From Candidatus Latescibacterota bacterium (lineage in GTDB: Bacteria > Latescibacterota > UBA2968): 64,000 nt of DNA. This document shows positions 57,301 through 64,000 of the stretch, in pieces. The DNA lies in assembly GCA_965198115.1 (NCBI GenBank), contig OZ240241.1, forward strand, positions 8,160,001 to 8,224,000, given 5' to 3'. The first letter of the stretch is position 1. Each line of letters opens with the position of its first letter. The position numbers and the translations under genes are program-made. A model generated the notes under the pieces. The model had not been told where the DNA came from. It did no database searches and saw only the letters and a program-made list of their open reading frames with translations.

Positions 57301-59646
57301 TCTTCGACGCCGTTGATCAGGATGCGAGTACTGCGGGTATCCAGCCCTTTACGTTGGGCACCAACGGTGCGCTGAGCGCGGCCGATGTCGATCAGGCAGC
57401 CTACATCGACATCAACACGGGTGATCTGCGTCTCGATTTCATCTACGACGTGGGTCTGGCCGGAACCGGTCTGAGCTTCTTCGATGGCGAGCAGGTCCTG
57501 GCAAGCGCCAACCTGCGTGCCAAGTCGATCTCGGGCGGGCCACGACGGCGACGACGATCTCGCTGGACAACAGCGGGACACGCGTCTCCAAGATGATCGA
57601 CGGCAACTTCACCCTCGGTGTGGCCATTCCGGCACCCACGAACGTCAACATCGTAAATCGTGCCGAGGTAACGGGTACGGTCCCGCTCCAGGGTCGAACG
57701 ACCTCGGCGGATACGGTGACGTTCATCCTCCGTGATGTGGGCGACTTCATCCCGGTGACCGATGCGGTGTTCACAGCCGCGAACGACACCCTGCCCAACG
57801 TGCCTGGAATTCAGGTGATCACGTCGGGTGTGAACGGCGACTTCACGCTGACAGCCGTGCCGACGGGCCGTTTCGTCCTGACGGCGCAGGTCCCGCGCCA
57901 CCTGGCGGGTCAAGACACCGTGAATGTCGAGGGTGGTCTGGATGTCTCGGGCGTGCAGCCGACGCTCGACGGAGACGGTGTGGATCGATCGGCGCTGCTC
58001 GCCGGTGACGCTGCCGGATTCAATGACAGCTCAGGTGCTTCGGTGCCGAACAACGTCATCGACGCGGCTGACATCAGCGCCATCGATGCGGCTCTGTTCG
58101 CACAGGTCGGTGACGCAGACTACGATACCTTCGCGGACATCAACCGTGACAACATCGTGAACGGCTCGGACCGAGCCTTCGCGACGGCTAACGTCACGGC
58201 CAACACGGGTGTGGGCGGCGTCAAGCCGGTCTTCCCGACGTTCAAGCAGGTCGTGGTCGACGGCGACAACTCCGAAGCGCGTCTCGTCATCAGTGGCTAT
58301 CCCACTGAGGAAGTGAGCGCTGGTGAGGTGTTCGACGTCACCGTAGCCATCGAAGGTGCTGCTTCTGTCCGCACCTACGAGTTCCACCTCGGCTTCGATC
58401 CCAGCAAGCTGGCGGTCGAGGACGTGGTGCCGGGTTCGCTGTTCGAGAACTACACCGCCGACATGGGCGGCAGGGTTCGCGAAGGTGACTTCGGTATCGT
58501 GAACTCGATTCTGGGCCTGACACCGGTGGGCGCTTCGGGTGAAGCTACCCTGGCCACCGTCCGGTTCCGGGCCATCAGCCGGTCGTCCGAGACCATGCTC
58601 GAGCTGACGGACGCGCTCCTGATCGACGTCGATCACGAGGGTGCCAAGCCCGAACTGGCCGGTGAAGCGATGATCGTCCTGTCCAACGATCCGATCGTCT
58701 ACCACGACGCAGCGGGTCAGACGGTACACGGACTGATCCTCGCCGACGCCGACCCGAAGGTCGACTTCAACGACTTCGTCGCGTTTGCCCAGTCCTTCGG
58801 GACCTCCGCCGGTATGGAGGCCTACGATATGCGGGCAGACTTCAACGGAGACGACACAGTGAACTTCGCCGACTTTGTGATGCTGTCGCAGAGCTTCGGC
58901 AAGGTCGCGGTGGACGCTCCTTCGGCACGTCGCGCCGGTAAGTCTGTGGCACCAGCCGGCGTGAATACCAATGCAACGATGACACTTCAGGTGGATGGGG
59001 AAGCTCGAATGGGCGAACTGCTGACGCTGAACGCTCAAGTCGGGCAAACGCAGGCTCTGATGGGTTGGGGACTGACGGTGCAGTACGATCCCACGATGTA
59101 CGAGTTCGTGGAAGCGAGTGCGCCCGAAGGCAACCTGCTCGAATCAGCCGGCGCGAGTGCTCCGCTCTTCCCACAGCGCCACACCGGGTGAGGTGACCCT
59201 CGCCAGCGCCGTAGGCGGCGAGGGTAACCTGGCTCAGCTGGTGTTCCGTCCAATCGGCGAGTTCGAGGACGCCACGTTCGACATCGCGAACGGTATCGTC
59301 TTCGATTCCAGCCAGTTGACGAACCCGGCGGGTGCCGCTGAGGCCCTGAATGTGCGGGCAATCCCGACCGCCTTCGCACTCAACCAGAACTTCCCGAACC
59401 CCTTCAACCCCCCAGACGACGATTTCCTACGATTTGGCCGAGGGGGGGCAGGTCCACCTCGAGATCTACAACGTGATGGGCCAGCTCGTGAGTTCGTTGG
59501 TTTCGGAGAATCAGCCCGCCGGCCGCTACCAGGTCGTGTGGAACGGTAACGATGCGGTTGGCCGACAGGTCGCCAGCGGCATCTACTTCTACCGTCTGAA
59601 CACGTCCGGCTTCAAGGCGGTCCGGAAACTGATGCTCCTGAAGTAG
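54342..59646 (+). CDS. Large secreted cohesin/dockerin/FlgD-Ig-CTD surface protein B (~1770 aa), paralog of A, with three single-base frameshifts (~57541, ~59171, ~59411)
   Basis: AGGAAGGAG RBS; signal peptide MKQRLLSLIGIVLVLFLAPG; shares RQNPRFIPATFIREDF, HPPEFVIAGWDY and GEIELNEGVD with A; dockerin-like ADFNGDDTVNFADF; CTD FALNQNFPNP...RKLMLLK. Confidence 0.82.
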
Positions 59647-59685
59647 GAATAAGTTTCCGGAAAGGCAGTTCCTTTCCTTGGATGA

Positions 59686-59727
59686 GGATGGGCGGATCGG
59701 CGCTTACCAGCGCTGATCCGCCTGTCC
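59686..59727 (+). other. Strong stem-loop after gene B, without a U-tract
   Basis: GGCGGATCGGCGCT-TACC-AGCGCTGATCCGCC, extendable with G-U pairs. Confidence 0.7.
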
Positions 59728-59912
59728 GATATCCGGGCTTCGTGTCCGATCTCACCCCTCGGGCCTGTATCTGGGCCACTTCCTGATCCACCCCCAGGTT
59801 GGTAGTTTTTCAGCGTGACCGTGGTTTTCCCGACGTCCCATCGTTCTAGCCGTGGCACGTGTCTTGCAATTCCCGCAGTGGGCATCTCCGCATTCCACCT
59901 GGGCAAGGTTAC

Positions 59913-62900
59913 ATGACAACACTTCGCATTCCCATCCTGCTCCTGCTGCTCGGTCTCCTTTCGGGCCCCGTCGGCGCGGCCAAGAATGGTCAGTCCGAAC
60001 TGGAGCTCCGTCAGCCGAATACGACGAACAACAACATCTCGGCACAGGTCGGTGAGACCGTTCAGGTCGAGGTTTTCATCCGAGGACGTGGCGAGCAGAT
60101 TACGGGTGTTCAGCTGTTCTTCAGCTTCGACGACACGTTCCTCGAGCTCGTCCCGGTCGGTCCAGTCGGCCAATGGGCCGCGGCCCTTTACACCCGGTGG
60201 ATACATCAACGGCACGGTCTTCCGGAACGACTCCATGGATGACCAGATCGGGAACAGCAACGCAAACAAGCTCCCGTTCTACCAGATGCTCTACCAGGAG
60301 CAGGTCAGCGGCTTCGGGGGGGACCCAGGTTGCCCGGATCGGTGACGGGACGATCGCCCGGTTTTCTGTGCGCATCATTCGGAAACCGGCGAGTGGCAAC
60401 GCCAACATACGAATCGACCCGTCATCCCCGATTGGTTCCCAGACAGGCTTCTTCATTGTTTCTGATCCGGGGACGACCTATACGTTCAGGAACCTCACGG
60501 GCCTGACACTCAATGTCCAGGGTGTCGATCTGTCGGTCCGTCTGCCAGACCTGTTTCTCCTTCCCGGCACGATCGACAATTCTCTCGACCTGGACGATTT
60601 CATCGACGATCCCGTCAGCCCCGATTCGACGATCGTTTGGACCAACAGCGCACCCGATCCGGCCGGCATCGCGGTTTTGATCGATCCCACGACCCACGTG
60701 GTTACCGCAAACGCCCAGAGCTTCATTGGCATTACGGAGGTCGTCGTCACGTTAGCTACGACGCTCCAGGATACACTGTTCGACACGATCAACGTGATCG
60801 TGGACACACCTCCTACGTTCGACGAGTCGGCCTTCCCGGACACGATACGTTTTCTGGAGGATGGCACCGACTCTAGCCTTGTGCTTCAGGCTTCGGATCT
60901 GGACGATCCGGCTGGTGGAACGCTTGTCTTTGATTCACCGGACACAGCCACCAGTACCTTCGCCTCGATCGCCACGGGATCGGGTTTGAGTCGTCGTGTG
61001 ACGTTTACCGCGACACCGAACTTTTCGGGACAGGAACTGAGAACATTTACAGTAAGAGACGAATTCGGTCTGGCGGATACCACGCAAGTGCTGGTCATCG
61101 TGGACGGTGAGAACGATCCACCCGAGTTTTTCGAGCCGTTTCCGACCGTGACAGTAGGAGCCCTGGGTCAGGCCGTGTTAACGATGACCGACTTTGTTCG
61201 CGACGTGGACGACCCGTTCAACGCCTTGAGTTTCTCCTTTTCTGGCTCCGACAGTGTGGCCTTCGATGTGAGCTCCGCGAACACTCGGATGACGATCACG
61301 CCCGTGCCTCCTTTCATGGGTACCCGGACCGTGATCGTCGTCGTCCAGGACACCTCCTAGGCGACGGATACCCAAAACATCACCGTTCAGGTTCAGCCGC
61401 CCGACGATCCACAAGCCCCTCAGGTGCTCGTGCCGTTCCTAAAGATGGATGTCATCGCCGGATCGAGCCGCACCGATGCCGACCTCGACACGCTCGTGAC
61501 GGACATCGACACGCCGCTGAATCAGCTGAGCTGGCGCACTTCGCCACTCGTGCTGTCGAACGCGGACGCGAATCAGCTGAGTGCCAGCAGGGTTCTATCG
61601 CTCGGATCGACGGCCAGTGCAATCGGGTTCGAGCGGGCCACGCTCACCGTATCGGATCCCCTGAGTCTTTCCGATACGCTGTCCGTGAGAATCTATTCTG
61701 CATCTCCGGTTACGGGCATCCCCGTCGCGGGAGGCATGCCCGATCTGGTGATCCCGGCAGGCGAGGTCGATTCTTTAGATCTCGATTTCTTCTCTTTCGA
61801 TGCGACCGATGCGCAGGATCAGCTCGCGTGGTCGGCAACCGGCCAGGTGGGCGTGACTGTTCAGATTGACCCAGTCACCCACATCGCCCGCTTCGTGGCG
61901 CCGACAGCGATCACGGATCCGACGGAAGACATCGTTCTGGAAGTGCGGGATCCCGATGGAAACACCGCGACCGATACGATCACGGTAACGACCGTTCCAC
62001 TCGGCGGTGTCCTCGTCGACGCGGACGTTCTCGGTGGAACCAGGACGATCATCGTGGGGCGGCCCGACACGCTGGCCCTGACCCCCGCGCTCATCGTCGG
62101 CGACTCGTCTAATATTCTCTGGAGCGTGGAATCGGATGAGCCTTCGGTCGTTCTTGCCCAGGTCATCGGACGAACGTCGTTGCAGCTGATCGGCCTCGTC
62201 GAGGGAGACGTCGACGTAGCGATCACGGCGACGGACACCGCGAGCGAAAACAGCACGGGAGCAACCCTGAAAGTTCGTTCGCGGCGGACGATCGCCGAAG
62301 ACATTCAAGTGAGGGACATCGGTCCTCTGGTGTTGACGGCGAACCGGGACACGACGATCGACCTGGCGGCGCTGATCATCTCTGGCAACTCGCAGAACAT
62401 CGTATTCACCACACCCGGACACGCGAATATCGCCGTTGAAATCGACACGACCAACCAGGAGGCGATCATCCGACCCGTCTCCGGATTTATCGGAGACGCG
62501 GGCTCCCTCGTTTTTCAGGCCGAAGACCTCGTCACGGGTGCGACGGGACTGAGTCTGGCCACACCTGTGACGGTGCAGGGGTCGCCCAGCGAAGGGCGCG
62601 ATCTGATCGAGGTCCGGCTGCTGGTGAACCCTATTCGCAACAATTTCCTCGACGCGTATGTCATTTCGCGCCGGGATCTTCTCGCCGAGCCAACGCTGGC
62701 CATTTTGAGAGAAGGTGAGACGGCACGGCGGAATCTGAGTGTGAATCCGGTCGCGGAACTGGAAGGGACGTGGGTGGGTGACGTCGTCATCGGGGATGCC
62801 GTGACGGGGACCGTTCGGGTTTTCGTTACGGGCATCACGGCCGAAACACGAATCGCACTTACGGACACGGTCCGCATCGACATCGCCGAAGGCGGTATTT

Positions 62901-63808
62901 CGGATCAGTTCACGGTCTCGAACGAAAACGTGCTGGTCCAGATGCCATCCGGAAGTCTGAGCGATCGGGCGCACATCGCGCTTTTCGAGGGATCAGACGG
63001 CCCCGGAGTCTCCAGGGCGAAGTCAGCCGTCGGCGAGATCGTTCAGATGTCGCCCGTCTATCGTATCCACGGAACGCGTGGTCACGTGACCGAGCCGGGT
63101 CTCATCCGGTTCCTCCAGCCTGTCGAGGGCGGTGTCGGAGTTTACCGTCAGGAGATCACCGGCTGGGTTTACGTCAGCGACTACGCTGCCGAAGGCACCC
63201 CCGTGGGTTGGGTGGACGCGTTCGGGAGCTATGCGCTGTTCGCCGATCGCGTGGGACCGCAGATTCCATATCCGACGGCTTCCGAGGATGGGACCTCGCT
63301 CGTGTTCGATGCGACAGAGGCAGGCAGCGGGATCGACCCGGACCGCCTCGAGTTGACGGTCGGCGGTCAGGCCGTGACCGCATCCTATCGTCCCGGTGTC
63401 GGGATCGTCTGGTCTCCGAGAGGGACCTACGACGACGTGGCATCGGTCGAACTGGTCGTCGAGGATTTTGCGGGCAACGCGACCGTTTGGGAGGGAGACG
63501 TAGACCTCGGAACGCTGATCAGCCGTCCGCGGGAGCTCGCCCTTCATCAGAACTTCCCGAATCCGTTCAACCCACAAACGATCATCGAATTTGAACTGCC
63601 ATCCGACGGACACGTCCGAATCGACGTATACAACCTGCTCGGACAGCAAGTGCGCGGACTCGTTGCGGGTCCACAGGGAGCCGGTCGTCACACCGTCTCG
63701 TGGGATGCGCGTGACGATCAGGGCAGACTGGTCGCCGCTGGTGTTTACCTCTACCGCCTGACTGCGGACAGCCGTGTTCTCATCCGCAAGATGTTGCTGC
63801 TGAAATGA
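59913..63808 (+). CDS. Large secreted protein C (~1300 aa): N-terminal cohesin-like domain, cadherin/Ig-like repeats, FlgD-Ig CTD; frameshifts ~60170 and ~60320, in-frame TAG 61358-61360
   Basis: Signal peptide; VGETVQVEV..GVQLFFSFDDTFLE; repeats LDLDDFIDD, TPNFSG..FTVRD, NDPP, FVRDVDD; CTD LHQNFPNPFNP...RKMLLLK. Confidence 0.78.
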
Positions 63809-63818
63809 CCATAGGCCG

Positions 63819-64000
63819 ATGACCATGAGACATCTGACAGCGACCGCAATCCTTCTACTGTGCCTGGTGACCGCCGGATGCGGTGGGGGAACCGGAACGG
63901 GCGGCACGTTCGGATCCTCGGAGACGCTGACGTTCGAGGGCTGGGAGGCCTACCGCGGGGCGATCGAGGCCACGGATTACGATGCGGCAGAGAAGCTGTT
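63819..64000 (+). CDS. Putative lipoprotein, possibly TPR-like (partial)
   Basis: MTMRHLTATAILLLCLVTAG/CGGG lipobox, 10 nt after the stop of gene C; open to the window edge. Confidence 0.7.
   Translation, partial: MTMRHLTATAILLLCLVTAGCGGGTGTGGTFGSSETLTFEGWEAYRGAIEATDYDAAEKL

Noticed and set aside
44947-59646. Diversity-generating retroelement acting on paralogs A and B
   Set aside because: No reverse transcriptase; similarity is protein-level along the whole length, not a short adenine-specific TR/VR pair
39490-61360. Alternative genetic code (TGA or TAG reassignment)
   Set aside because: TGA and TAG terminate many conserved genes here (purF, rnr, ftsY region, ppdK, cysO); only one internal instance of each was seen
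44947-63808. Canonical cellulosome gene cluster
   Set aside because: No glycoside hydrolase or CBM motifs recognised, and cohesin-like and dockerin-like modules occur on the same chains

Overview
GC-rich bacterial chromosomal window. The FlgD-Ig/'FPNPFNP' C-terminal domains and cohesin/dockerin proteins suggest an FCB-superphylum lineage such as Latescibacterota (inference). The left part (1-27.8 kb) is mostly housekeeping: TPR lipoprotein, purF, rnr, Ni-SOD, CIRCE-groES-groEL, moeZ-like/mrp/iscS, ftsY, parAB, ppdK, a HlyD-like protein, tRNA-Lys, a sulfur-carrier cysteine cluster (cysH, cysM, mec, cysO, Rrf2, cysK) and rpsT. The right part (28-64 kb) is the candidate novel system. Seven tandem paralogous O-antigen-ligase/O-OTase-like (Wzy_C) + TPR genes on the minus strand are transcribed divergently from three very large secreted proteins and a lipoprotein. 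Two of the large proteins are ~1700-aa paralogs, each carrying both cohesin-like and dockerin-like modules. All three end in a FlgD-Ig/T9SS-like C-terminal domain. Four IS copies are present (2x ISAzo13, IS1182, IS256). Three fall in this surface locus and two of them demonstrably split genes. Many accessory genes carry indels or in-frame stops that may be long-read assembly errors. All domain calls are by motif recognition, not database search.
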